IMG/VR virus record: IMGVR_UViG_3300050821_008818
Coordinates: 7,364 to 71,363 of that record
Reading direction: 5' to 3' (one strand)
Source of the DNA: a virus
Length of the DNA: 64,000 nt
Shown here: positions 1-9,561 of the stretch, piece after piece
Layout: each line of letters begins with the position of its first letter
Position numbering within the stretch: position 1 is the first letter of the stretch
Program-made: the position numbers and the translations under genes
The notes under the pieces: generated by a model
Database searches by the model: none
Seen by the model: only the letters and a program-made list of their open reading frames with translations
Told to the model about the DNA's origin: nothing

Positions 1-89
1 ATACCTACAGCCACGGAGGTCGCGCCGAAGGTCGTGCTGATGTTTTGCTGAGTACCAGCAAGACGGTTGTTAACTTCGTATTTAGCCAT
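1..89 (-). CDS. 5' part of a gene downstream of the portal (runs off the window)
   Basis: ATG at 89 preceded by GAAGG; open to position 1 (MAKYEVNNRLAGTQQNISTTFG...). Confidence 0.6.
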   Translation of the reverse strand, partial: MAKYEVNNRLAGTQQNISTTFGATSVAVG

Positions 90-127
90 TTAAAATCTAC
101 CTTCTTCCTTGAAATTCATAATTTAAT

Positions 128-1519
128 TCACTTCGTTGGCTTCCTTGCCCTAGAAGGCCTAGCCGTTGGTTTCGGGGCCGCCTTAGGCTGATTTTGCGCC
201 TTCGGCAGCTCGGTATCATCAATCTGAGCAGATCCGCGAGCCGCCATTATGGCGATTTGCACATCAGCGTAAGTCAAATCTGCAAACTCGTTGTCCAAGC
301 GCTCCATTCCCTGGGTTTCTCGGTATTCGTTTGGCGTAAGAGCATTATTCTCGTACTCCATCTTGTATATTTCCGCATTTTCATGCTCGTCCTCGCGCTC
401 GATACCGCGGAACTGGAATTGCAGCTGCGAGAAGCCTAGCTTAGTATGAATCGCCTCGCGGGTTATGTGCGATTCAAGCAAATGCGCACAGGGCTTAATG
501 GCCTGCTCGCGATCGCGGTCTTCGGCAACCTCGGACGTGTTGCGATTGAGATCTCGCTCAACACCGAGGTTTTGAGGACTGATATCAAAAGCGGCCGCTA
601 ATTCTCGGTGCAAAAATTCCTGGTACTTGAGATAAAGGCCGTTGTCTCCTTCTGGATAAAGTCTCAGGACATTTGGACCTCGTGACTTACCGGCGCTATC
701 AAATTCCGTCATGCCCATGAGAGGCATTAGTCCCTGGCCCTCGACCTCATTTCTCCAATACTGACGAAACGCCATTAGCATTTCGGTCGACGCGCCGCTG
801 CCTAGATCCAACGCAATCGATGGACGCGCGTTCGTCGCAACGTTGCCAGCGAATTCGCCGACGCCTAGAAGGCGCGATATCGTATTAAACGCAATCTCGA
901 CCGGACCGCGACCAAAAGGAGTTGAAGAACTAGGATTTGGCCTAATATACATCAGCTCGTCGTTGCGAAGCAAAACTTGCTGACCAATTCCGTTTCCTAC
1001 AAAGTTCCCATACCCAACGATTTGGATATAACGCGCCTCGTTCGAGCCCCCAGCCCAACCGGGGAAAATCTGTATTGTAAGTCCGTCAACCGGCCACATC
1101 CACAGCGGACGCAATGGATCGCCGGAAAGCTGCATCTCGACAGCGCCTGCACCCATAAGAATGTCTTCGACGACCTGCTCCGTAAATGTGCGAAAACTGT
1201 CATCGATATTTGGGTTGTCCAAGCAGTAGGCGGCAATCTCTGCCTGCCTCTCTAGCTCGGAATTCATCTCGATGCCCTTCAGTGGGACTATTTCCCAGTC
1301 TAGAAGGGCGATTGGATTCTTGACCGTATTAATCGCGCGGCGCGTATAGGGCTGCTGACCAAACCATCGCAAATTTCTAGGCGTCGGCTTGAATGCAATG
1401 CGTCTAGCGGTGCCAACTTGCCCCACCTGGACAAGATTAGGATATACGATTGTATCGCGTGCCGGCTCTTTACGATTGCGTCCTGGTCGCTTGCCTTTGA
1501 AGAAATCGAGGACGCCCAT
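128..1519 (-). CDS. phage portal protein
   Basis: 463 aa; portal-like segments (AINTVKNPIALLDWEI, NPSSSTPFGRGPVE, ELAAAFDISPQNLG, LTPNEYRETQG); lies downstream of terL. Confidence 0.85.
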   Translation of the reverse strand: MGVLDFFKGKRPGRNRKEPARDTIVYPNLVQVGQVGTARRIAFKPTPRNLRWFGQQPYTRRAINTVKNPIALLDWEIVPLKGIEMNSELERQAEIAAYCLDNPNIDDSFRTFTEQVVEDILMGAGAVEMQLSGDPLRPLWMWPVDGLTIQIFPGWAGGSNEARYIQIVGYGNFVGNGIGQQVLLRNDELMYIRPNPSSSTPFGRGPVEIAFNTISRLLGVGEFAGNVATNARPSIALDLGSGASTEMLMAFRQYWRNEVEGQGLMPLMGMTEFDSAGKSRGPNVLRLYPEGDNGLYLKYQEFLHRELAAAFDISPQNLGVERDLNRNTSEVAEDRDREQAIKPCAHLLESHITREAIHTKLGFSQLQFQFRGIEREDEHENAEIYKMEYENNALTPNEYRETQGMERLDNEFADLTYADVQIAIMAARGSAQIDDTELPKAQNQPKAAPKPTARPSRARKPTK

Positions 1520-1524
1520 TCATA

Positions 1525-1707
1525 TTAGCCAGTCAATAGCGGTAAGAGTTTAGAAACAAGGAAAATCATCACGCACGCGAAGACTATCACCTGCACAATT
1601 TTGGTAACTAACGGGTCCGGCGAAAACCGCTCGGCAACCCAAATAATGATTAACGCCACCACAATGACGACAATAATAGGCACAATCAAAGCTACTAAAC
1701 CACTCAT
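1525..1707 (-). CDS. small two-TM membrane protein
   Basis: 60 aa, two hydrophobic segments, abuts portal start. Confidence 0.6.
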   Translation of the reverse strand: MSGLVALIVPIIVVIVVALIIIWVAERFSPDPLVTKIVQVIVFACVMIFLVSKLLPLLTG

Positions 1708-1883
1708 ATCGCTTCTCTCTTGGAGAAAAAAATTAATCCCGCAAACTCGTCCATATCAGCTCTTTTTTACTCTCTTGGAAGAGGTCGCCATCTTCCGTGA
1801 CAAATCATCATCAGTACGCCGAGGAGGGCGGCCATATCTCAACCAAATCCGCTTGCCTGCACGGCGAGTCGCAGCAACACTCA

Positions 1884-2108
1884 TTAACTAAGGTTCGTAA
1901 TCTGCGTGTTGATTGTCGTGATATTACCGGCATCTCCAGCACCTGGCGTGAGGATATCATTGACGAGATACGTCAGCTGCGTTATCATTTCAGTACAATG
2001 CAATTGCAGCTCAGAAATCATGCCGGTGATATCGGCACCCATAAGCTCAGCCTGATTTTTGCCGGCGGCAGAAATCGTCAGGCCGGCCAGAGTTGTCTTA
2101 ACTCCCAT
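1884..2108 (-). CDS. hypothetical protein
   Basis: 74 aa, GGAG RBS upstream. Confidence 0.55.
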   Translation of the reverse strand: MGVKTTLAGLTISAAGKNQAELMGADITGMISELQLHCTEMITQLTYLVNDILTPGAGDAGNITTINTQITNLS

Positions 2109-2146
2109 TTTGTGTTACTCCATCTAGAAATTAGGATTTACTTAAA

Positions 2147-2482
2147 ATGAACCTTGCAGAAATCACCGCCGAGATTGCCGCCCTAGAAAAGCGCCTCGAG
2201 CTGCTACGCGCCGCCCGGATGGCCTTGCAGGCACTGGAGCCAGAAATAGAGAAGGGCGTACGTCTACTATATCCTGACATGGTGCCTGAGAGAGCCACGG
2301 GCATCTCAGCGGCCATACGCGAGCTTATTGCCGATAAAGGACCAATGACCAAGGCCGACATCGATAGGGCCCTCAGCGACCGCTACAGCCTCGGGAAAGG
2401 ATCAGTATCAGGCGCGCTGCAGGCTATGAAGGTCCGGGGAGCGGTGGCGCGCACCAGAGCAGGGAAGTGGACGGTTAAATGA
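2147..2482 (+). CDS. coiled-coil plus winged-helix DNA-binding protein (antisense moron)
   Basis: AGGA RBS; N-terminal heptads; C-terminal GPMTKADI...SVSGALQAM...GKW winged-helix pattern. Confidence 0.6.
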   Translation: MNLAEITAEIAALEKRLELLRAARMALQALEPEIEKGVRLLYPDMVPERATGISAAIRELIADKGPMTKADIDRALSDRYSLGKGSVSGALQAMKVRGAVARTRAGKWTVK

Positions 2483-2484
2483 AC

Positions 2485-4899
2485 TTATGTTGGGCATAAC
2501 GCAGGACTCGGAATGCTCGATCCGCCAGAATTAACGGCAGTTACCGTAGCGTGAATGGTATGTCCAACGTCGGTTGATTGTAATGTATAGGTCGATGCCG
2601 TCGCCCCGGTGATGGCAATGCTAGTGTCATCCCAAAACCACTGATATGTGAATGAAGTGGGATTGCCTGACCAGGTTCCATTCGACACCGATAAGGCATT
2701 ACCGACGATTAAAGTTCCGGTAATCACCGGAGGCGCGCTATTAACCGGAATTGTAACTGCAGCAGTCACCTTTCTGCAAGATGGAGGCGGCGGGGGAGCG
2801 ACGCCCGCTGTTCCATTTGGCTGATTGACGCTGCCTCCATTGGGCAGCACGGCTTGCCACAGTGAGCCGTTCCAAGTGAACGGCATAAAAGAACATGTGT
2901 TTGGAAGAACGCCCGGATCAACAGCCTGATTCGTATTGGAAGGCCAATGAAACGTGTTTGTCGAGGTTGCGGTCTGGCAGATGATAAACCCTAGAGACTG
3001 ACCAGTCACCGTCCCATTCGCGATAGTCGGACTAGGCGAGCTTCCCGCACTTAAGCTAAAGAATTGTTCTTTGCCGTTTGCTGGATTGAAAGCTGGGTTA
3101 ATCGTCGGTGGGACGGTGAAGATCCCTTCCGCCGAGTCGGCAAATATGTTCCCGCTGCTTACGATCGGTATGGGAGGAAGGTTGTTATAATAAACCTCGC
3201 CTGCCAATGGCGGCCCCGCGCTTGGTGTGCCAGTTATGGTGCACGTGGATGCCTGGTTGCAGAAAAACTTCGTGATGGTGAATTGCTTGCCAGCCGCTGC
3301 GCCGGTACCTGTCAGGACTTCACCAATTTCTATGGACTGCGTTATGCCGGATGAGAACGGAACCGATAAACTCGTTGCGGTCGGTGCAGGACTTGCAGCT
3401 ACGATGTAGGTAATTTGGTTGTAGTGGTTCGTTATGCCGCCAATCCCTGACGTCACATTAAACACGTTATTTGTAAACGTTTGGTTTGGCGTCCACCATG
3501 AGCCACCAGTGATGGTCTCATAATTGGCACTCAGCGCTGGGTTGCAATTGAATGTGTTACCAGTGTAAACCTGGGTCTCGGCAAATAACTGGCACTCCCC
3601 CGTAAATGTGGCACCAGTAAAATTGGCAATCTTTATTCCGGTGCCCTGAATCAAATTTTGATAGGTACCTCCATTAACATTAAGTGTTGGGATGATCTTA
3701 TCAAACTCCGAATAGCCATCACCTCGAGAATCAAGCTGGTAAGTTCCACCTGACAAATTGACGGTTTGAGTCTGGCCGGCAAAAATCCCCGTTGCGGTAA
3801 CGCCGGTCACCGTGATATTAAGGCCGCCTGAAATAGAGATCGTACCGCTAACTTGGCGAGCGGACGCATTCTGACTGCCCATCCAAGTGAGAAATGTCCC
3901 GCCCATGAATGTGATATTATGGGCAAGATGCATGTTAGTCCGGTCGAGGTCCAACATGCGCGGCGCGCCTGTGGTCACTCCATATACCGGTGTCGCATCG
4001 AGCCAATCAGTTAGATAAGCGTATTTCAAAGGATTCTGGAGAGTCACCGCTCCAGTAGCGGCATTTATGGCCGTGACGGTGTTGAATTCGAAATACCGCG
4101 GATTAGGCGGATAGCTAGGGGTGCCTTGCGCATCAAAACCAAAGATTAGCACGTCATCACCAACATGAAAATTGCTGGTGTCCGTTGCCGTTATCATGGT
4201 AACCGACGAGGCACCTATGGCCGCAGTCTGTATAAGCTGGCCACTCGTATTCGTGGAGGGATCAAAGGGACCATCTCCAGCATTTGAGAAGAGGTCCCCA
4301 CCAAAGGACATAGCAGTGCCATCGATCTGATAGCCAGCATTCGAAGTCATGTTGATAAAACTGGCGCCGGTGGCGACAACATCAACGTTCGTGATGCCCT
4401 TCAGCCAGTGCGTCGAATTTAGGCAGTATGCCCCAGCTGGAACATTAAAGGTGTATTTTGTCGGATTCTTGGTGATCAGGAAATTGCGGGCGTTTATGAA
4501 AGCAGAAGTAGTATCAGTGCAGACCTGCGCCAGTCCATTGGTGACAGTCGTCAAGGGCGTGGTGGAAAGAATCGCGTTCCCCCCAGACACAGCTGTTATC
4601 GTGTAATGAGCCCCTAGCCCGTTGCCAAAAGATGAACCACCATTGTAGAGCGATACAACCTTCCCGACATCGGCGGCTACAAACTGGTGACTTGGCGATG
4701 AAAGGGTTGTTCCATTGTTCGAAACGTCGCTAAGTTGGATGGCATCAGCTATCGCGCCATAATCAGTCACAACGTTGATTGATGGCTGTGTTTGCGCCCA
4801 AGCGGGCGTGAACAGCGCCAGGCCGAGCACAAATCCAATGATACGAGCAATCAATTTCAGTCTCTTGGGGTAAAGAGTTTCAGGATAGCGATGACGCAT
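2485..4899 (-). CDS. exported right-handed beta-helix (pectate-lyase-fold) protein with C-terminal Ig-like domain; true start probably near 4854
   Basis: signal peptide ending LALFTPAWA; INVVTDYGAIAD and DTTSAF pectate_lyase_3-type motifs; C-terminal PVITG...GTWSG.PTSFTYQW...GATASTYTL Ig-like motif. Confidence 0.7.
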   Translation of the reverse strand: MRHRYPETLYPKRLKLIARIIGFVLGLALFTPAWAQTQPSINVVTDYGAIADAIQLSDVSNNGTTLSSPSHQFVAADVGKVVSLYNGGSSFGNGLGAHYTITAVSGGNAILSTTPLTTVTNGLAQVCTDTTSAFINARNFLITKNPTKYTFNVPAGAYCLNSTHWLKGITNVDVVATGASFINMTSNAGYQIDGTAMSFGGDLFSNAGDGPFDPSTNTSGQLIQTAAIGASSVTMITATDTSNFHVGDDVLIFGFDAQGTPSYPPNPRYFEFNTVTAINAATGAVTLQNPLKYAYLTDWLDATPVYGVTTGAPRMLDLDRTNMHLAHNITFMGGTFLTWMGSQNASARQVSGTISISGGLNITVTGVTATGIFAGQTQTVNLSGGTYQLDSRGDGYSEFDKIIPTLNVNGGTYQNLIQGTGIKIANFTGATFTGECQLFAETQVYTGNTFNCNPALSANYETITGGSWWTPNQTFTNNVFNVTSGIGGITNHYNQITYIVAASPAPTATSLSVPFSSGITQSIEIGEVLTGTGAAAGKQFTITKFFCNQASTCTITGTPSAGPPLAGEVYYNNLPPIPIVSSGNIFADSAEGIFTVPPTINPAFNPANGKEQFFSLSAGSSPSPTIANGTVTGQSLGFIICQTATSTNTFHWPSNTNQAVDPGVLPNTCSFMPFTWNGSLWQAVLPNGGSVNQPNGTAGVAPPPPPSCRKVTAAVTIPVNSAPPVITGTLIVGNALSVSNGTWSGNPTSFTYQWFWDDTSIAITGATASTYTLQSTDVGHTIHATVTAVNSGGSSIPSPALCPT

Positions 4900-4988
4900 A
4901 GAATGATGAGAATGCCGAGAAAAACCACGATGAAGAACGAAAATATACCGGTGTCAACCTGCGGCGCGTAGGTGTCGGCAATCATTAC

Positions 4989-6080
4989 TTACCCAGTTGC
5001 ATTATTTGCACTAACATAATTAACTACCGCTGGCACCGTGCTATACATCTGACCGGCAACACCATCGCCATACCAATTGTTGCCGATGTCTATCATGGTA
5101 TTAATCCACTTGCCGGCAGGCGGAACTCCAGCTACTATTCCGATATGAGCGAGATTAAAAATATTATTCGCTATGATAACGCCACCGAATGGGTTTGGCA
5201 CCGCACCAGCAGGCCAGAAACCAATGGCAGCCTGGGAGCATCCATCGATCGAATTCCACCCTATTTGCATCTGGCGAGTGTTGGCTCCAGCTTGGAGATT
5301 GCATAAAACCCCATATTGATGAGTGGCGATTTTGTTATTGAGAATGCTAATCGCACCGCCGCCGGTCCATTTAATTCCAATCGGACCTGTGAGGCTAGCC
5401 CCGAGAAGCACGCAATTAGAAATTACGCTATCGCCGGAATCTGGCCAGTCATGGTTCTCACAGACAAAGGCAGCTTGAGAATGGAAGAACGAATCAACAC
5501 GATCGATTACGAAAAATGCAGCCTTGGCAAGATGAATGCTGGTTGCCGCATTCGTAATTTGCATGTCCCTAAAAACTGAGCTACTGTTGCCGTATATCGA
5601 AGTGCCGCCCGTATTTGCACAGGTGACGCTAATTGCCTGTGTGCCCGCGGTGGCTGACGAGGCATAGGAAATAGCTAATTCACTCAGCTTGACAGGGTTT
5701 TGAGTATTAATATCAATCCCGTCTATGCCTACATCGGGCTGAAGAATTGTTGAACCGAAATCCCCATAGAAATGAAGAGACCCAATTATCTGAAGAGTTG
5801 AAGCTAGCCGATATTTTGCAGCTGGCGCATAACACCTTCCTATCCGACCGGATACAGCTTGGCCAAACATGGCCTGGAAGGCTGGCGCATCATCAGTTGT
5901 GCCGTCTGCTATAGCTCCGAAGTCCCGCACGTTAAGACATGATGGGCTTGAACTAGATGCGGGTGGCGTAACCGGTGGAGAGCTTGAACTAGATATACCG
6001 CTATCCACAAAATTCCCCGACGGGTCAACGGTGATAAAATTGCCGGGCTTAATGCCCTGAAGCGTAACAAATGCTGTCAA
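4989..6080 (-). CDS. pectate-lyase-fold beta-helix protein (tailspike/depolymerase-like)
   Basis: LNVRDFGAIADGTTDDAPAFQA motif followed by PbH1-like repeats. Confidence 0.75.
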   Translation of the reverse strand: MTAFVTLQGIKPGNFITVDPSGNFVDSGISSSSSPPVTPPASSSSPSCLNVRDFGAIADGTTDDAPAFQAMFGQAVSGRIGRCYAPAAKYRLASTLQIIGSLHFYGDFGSTILQPDVGIDGIDINTQNPVKLSELAISYASSATAGTQAISVTCANTGGTSIYGNSSSVFRDMQITNAATSIHLAKAAFFVIDRVDSFFHSQAAFVCENHDWPDSGDSVISNCVLLGASLTGPIGIKWTGGGAISILNNKIATHQYGVLCNLQAGANTRQMQIGWNSIDGCSQAAIGFWPAGAVPNPFGGVIIANNIFNLAHIGIVAGVPPAGKWINTMIDIGNNWYGDGVAGQMYSTVPAVVNYVSANNATG

Positions 6081-6081
6081 A

Positions 6082-6195
6082 TCATCGACTCTTGCGTGAA
6101 TAGATTTTCTTGGACGGAATGACCTTGAGCCGCAACCGCTTCACAGCCTTGGCAATCGGGTTGCGCCTCTTACGCAAACACAAAATTCGGCGCAT
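6082..6195 (-). CDS. 37-aa basic peptide, ArfA-like
   Basis: hand translation MRRILCLRKRRNPIAKAVKRLRLKVIPSKKIYSRKSR; below the ORF-track cut-off. Confidence 0.45.
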   Translation of the reverse strand: MRRILCLRKRRNPIAKAVKRLRLKVIPSKKIYSRKSR

Positions 6196-6394
6196 AAATT
6201 AGCCCTGCATATTTCAAGTCTGTGCGACGGATATGCAGGGCTCATAAGCGCACCCGTAAGGCCTGGTGAGAAATGCCGTACACGCTAACGCTTACGTGTA
6301 GGCAATACTCCAGTCAATCGGCACAATGCCAATGTTCCTAAGATCGACCCGAAGAAACAGGCAATGGTAAGTAAGACGAAGCTCATTGGCACCA

Positions 6395-6559
6395 TCAGAT
6401 CAGAGCCACATCGAAGAGTTGATGGAACCGGGCTATCACCCGAGCAATGTCCTCTTCCCCGAAATAATCCGGGTTCGATGGCGAAATACGAGCCATGTGC
6501 TCATCATACTGACCCAACTCTTCGCGGATTGCCATTGCTATTGCTTCGTCTAAGTCCAT
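6395..6559 (-). CDS. 54-aa hypothetical protein
   Basis: GAGG RBS; MDLDEAIAMAIREELGQY...FDVALI; TGATG overlap with the next small ORF. Confidence 0.5.
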   Translation of the reverse strand: MDLDEAIAMAIREELGQYDEHMARISPSNPDYFGEEDIARVIARFHQLFDVALI

Positions 6560-6563
6560 ATTT

Positions 6564-6716
6564 TCCTCATGCAAACACGAACTGCGGTGCGTCTACTTCC
6601 AGCTCCAAATTTCTCTCAACGTAATTCCTAGGAGTATCGCCCCAAGGAAAATGCCGGTTATCATCTCGATCATGATGCCAATCTCCTCATGCAAACACGA
6701 ACTGCGGCGCGTATAC
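6564..6716. repeat. 33-bp direct repeat (31/33 identical) duplicating the 3' end of terL
   Basis: TCCTCATGCAAACACGAACTGCGGYGCGTMTAC at 6564-6596 and 6684-6716. Confidence 0.9.
6593..6673 (-). CDS. 26-aa single-TM minigene between the repeats
   Basis: GAGGAG RBS; MIEMITGIFLGAILLGITLREIWSWK. Confidence 0.5.
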   Translation of the reverse strand: MIEMITGIFLGAILLGITLREIWSWK

Positions 6717-8015
6717 CGCAACCATCAGATCTGATAGCGCCCAGACAAGCGCATCGCAAGCATCTGGTGAGCCCGAGCCCAGAAAACCGGTGCTCGACAT
6801 CTGACACATCTGGTCCTCGAGCGAGGAAAGATCGCCGATATGCGAGACGCGGCCCTGTTCGTAGAGAGCGGCGACTGGTTCTGCTCGGGCGATCTTTCCT
6901 CTAGAGGCTATAACTTCACGATAGGCTATATTCGAATCCGCGGTGCGTATCGTATGCTCTACAAGAGCACCGCCAAAATTACGTTCCGCGATAAGACGAT
7001 CAGCGCGAAACTCATGGTAAGCATCACAGGCCATTCTAGCCCAGCCAGCGGGCGAAAGCTTGCATGATCGATCAGCAAGTACGTAGCCACGCCCATCTGT
7101 GCCCAGAGCAGCAACAACAATACCGATAGCGTCAGCAGCTTCGTCATCCATACTCCTTGCGCCGCTGGGATCCACAGCTACAACGACGCGCTGCATTCCT
7201 GGCAGTGTTACCTTGCGGCGAGCTATGTCAATAGTATCACGCGTCCATAATGCGCCGGGAACATCGTCTAAAATCTCAGCATTTAGCTCCTGCCGGCCTA
7301 GGCGGGTGCCGTCGTACCGCTTCACAACTTGCGAGAAAAAGCTTGGCGCCAAATTCGCCTTGTTTTGGATCGTCGAGCCGCGCGTCGTAACAGTGGAAGA
7401 ATCTACGAGAATGCGTTTTAGTATAGGAATTGGTCTAGGCGTTGTTGCGACTATTTGCCGCGGATGTTTTCCCAGTCTTAGTCCGAATTGAAGCTGGTCC
7501 CATGTAGCTTCAGCGTATTGCCATTTAGCCAGCTCGTCGCACCACGCAAGTCCGTGTTGAGGGCCTCTAAGCTGATCCGGCTCCGTTGCATTAAAGAGTG
7601 TAGCTCTGGCTCCATTTGGCCAAGTGAGGCGTCGCTTACTCGGTTCATATTGAGGTCGAAATGATTTAGGGTGGACTGAAAGGATTCCAGACTCTCCCTC
7701 AACGCAGACATCTCGTGCATCAGCCGCTGTTTCTGCGACAATCGCAATGTGTCCATATTCGGTTCCTTCGAGTGGAGTAGGTCCGCATACCAGCTGGCGA
7801 ACTGCTTCGGCGGCCGCTCTAGTCTTACCGAATCCTCGTCCGGCCAGCAACAGCCAAGTGAGCCAATCACCGGGCGGCAGAAGCTGATTGGGCCTGGCGT
7901 AGAAGGACCAGTCGTATTTTAGCTGCTCGGCCTGGTCTTCAGTCAGAAGTGAGAGTATAGCTTCTCGCTTCGCAGCGGGTAGCTGCGTCAGAGATTCGAG
8001 CAGAGAAAGTGTCAA
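6687..8015 (-). CDS. terL: terminase large subunit
   Basis: Walker A AGRGFGKT, Walker B AWCDE, TTP coupling motif, nuclease VAVDPS and PDACDA. Confidence 0.95.
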   Translation of the reverse strand: MTLSLLESLTQLPAAKREAILSLLTEDQAEQLKYDWSFYARPNQLLPPGDWLTWLLLAGRGFGKTRAAAEAVRQLVCGPTPLEGTEYGHIAIVAETAADARDVCVEGESGILSVHPKSFRPQYEPSKRRLTWPNGARATLFNATEPDQLRGPQHGLAWCDELAKWQYAEATWDQLQFGLRLGKHPRQIVATTPRPIPILKRILVDSSTVTTRGSTIQNKANLAPSFFSQVVKRYDGTRLGRQELNAEILDDVPGALWTRDTIDIARRKVTLPGMQRVVVAVDPSGARSMDDEAADAIGIVVAALGTDGRGYVLADRSCKLSPAGWARMACDAYHEFRADRLIAERNFGGALVEHTIRTADSNIAYREVIASRGKIARAEPVAALYEQGRVSHIGDLSSLEDQMCQMSSTGFLGSGSPDACDALVWALSDLMVAVYAPQFVFA

Positions 8016-8016
8016 A

Positions 8017-8364
8017 ATGAACCCAGCCAGGGATATAGGTTACACTACCATAAAAGGCGCCTTCGGTCTTCCTATTGGTGTAAACTTTCTGCAGCGCGAA
8101 AGCGGTGCGCTTCCAAAGTTCGTAACCATTTCTACGGTCTGTCTAGAAAATGGCCACCTAGAGGATCCGCTTGGTATCTGCGAGCCGGAACACGGATATG
8201 AAACTATGGTGTTCCTCGAGGACTGTACATTCTTCGCCTTGCACACTGCTAAATACAAAACTCGCAAGGCCGCCAAGGCCGGGCATGAAACTATCGTGCA
8301 AAAAATCCTTTCCGGAGAATTGCCTCTGGCAATTCAGATAGGCCACTATCACGCTTGGGATTAA
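8017..8364 (+). CDS. hypothetical protein, antisense between terS and terL
   Basis: 115 aa; ISTV...YETMVF...AKAGHETIV resembles a common small phage family. Confidence 0.5.
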   Translation: MNPARDIGYTTIKGAFGLPIGVNFLQRESGALPKFVTISTVCLENGHLEDPLGICEPEHGYETMVFLEDCTFFALHTAKYKTRKAAKAGHETIVQKILSGELPLAIQIGHYHAWD

Positions 8365-8380
8365 CAGGAATTAAAGCGTC

Positions 8381-8665
8381 TCAGCCACTCTTCTTATCCG
8401 CCCGAGACCGCCTCTTGCGTTCTGCAGCAGTCATCGGCTTGGCGCCCTTGGCCGGCCGACCACCGCGAGGTTTAGTGACATCCTTGGGTTTCGTGACATC
8501 GTCTATTTTCGTGACTATTTTCGTGACAGGTTTCGTGACATCCACGAAAAGGACGCGGCGTGGCAGTTCTGGAAATGGGTCAGTCATAACTATTTCAGCC
8601 CCAGCAAGCCAAGCCCAAACGAACTCTTCCGGTGTGAAATAAAGGTAGTCACCACGCTGTAACAT
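8381..8665 (-). CDS. small basic DNA-binding-like protein
   Basis: VTK repeats then RGGRP...MTAAERKRRSR. Confidence 0.55.
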   Translation of the reverse strand: MLQRGDYLYFTPEEFVWAWLAGAEIVMTDPFPELPRRVLFVDVTKPVTKIVTKIDDVTKPKDVTKPRGGRPAKGAKPMTAAERKRRSRADKKSG

Positions 8666-8931
8666 GGCAGCCTTAAGCTTAGCAGTAACTATTTTTTATT
8701 TAGCGTAAAAATGGGGGGACATGGCGCTTTCGAGGCCACCGTCACTGGAGATATCTCCTGTGTGTGTGTAACAATATGTGACTATCACAGCTTCGTGACT
8801 ATGATAACCCACATCACGAAGACCGCGAACGACAGCAAAAGGCCAATTACATCAACAAGCAGCTTCACGAAGTCCGACCTCGATAATCCAATGATATCAA
8901 TGGCCTGTTTTGGCATTATCTCGGGGTAACG

Positions 8932-9396
8932 CTACCCAGACTTCTTATCCGTTGTTATTGCTGGTATATCTACTGTCTGCATATCAGGAGACTCAGGCTG
9001 AGAATCAGTCTCTAACCGCGCCTGCGCTTCCTCAATACGTGAACGAATCAAGTCTACCGCACTCACATCCCGAACATCAATCGGCCCACCATCAGCACCG
9101 GTGTGCTGCAGGCCCACGTCCTCTTTCCAACCCATGCGGCGCGCGGCATAAAAGCGAGCGGCATCAAGACGAACACGCTCGTCCTCGGCCTGACCCATCG
9201 ATTTCTTAATCGTGTTGCCAGCCAGCATGTCAAGCTTAAACTTACCATAGTCAAGCTCTTGCCGAAAATACTTGTACAGCGTTAACTTGTCTATAGCCAT
9301 AAACCCAGCGATATCAGTCTGTTTTAGACCGTAACCCGCAGCTTCCTCGACCAATTGCCGCTGTTTGGGTGTGGGTTTAAACTCTCTGCCACGCAT
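8932..9396 (-). CDS. terS: terminase small subunit
   Basis: N-terminal HTH (GLKQTDIAGFMAIDKLTLYKYFRQEL), HTGADGGPI motif, upstream of terL. Confidence 0.8.
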   Translation of the reverse strand: MRGREFKPTPKQRQLVEEAAGYGLKQTDIAGFMAIDKLTLYKYFRQELDYGKFKLDMLAGNTIKKSMGQAEDERVRLDAARFYAARRMGWKEDVGLQHTGADGGPIDVRDVSAVDLIRSRIEEAQARLETDSQPESPDMQTVDIPAITTDKKSG

Positions 9397-9561
9397 TACA
9401 CACCAATTAGAAGACTAAAGCCGCGCGCAGAGGTTGAAAGTCCGCGCGAAACATCTTACCCATCCTACCCCGGAATTGCATCACGGATCATAATATAAAC
9501 ACTGAGAACGAATAACAGACCAGCAAAAATAACTGGTAATAATAATACTGCCTCATCTCGC

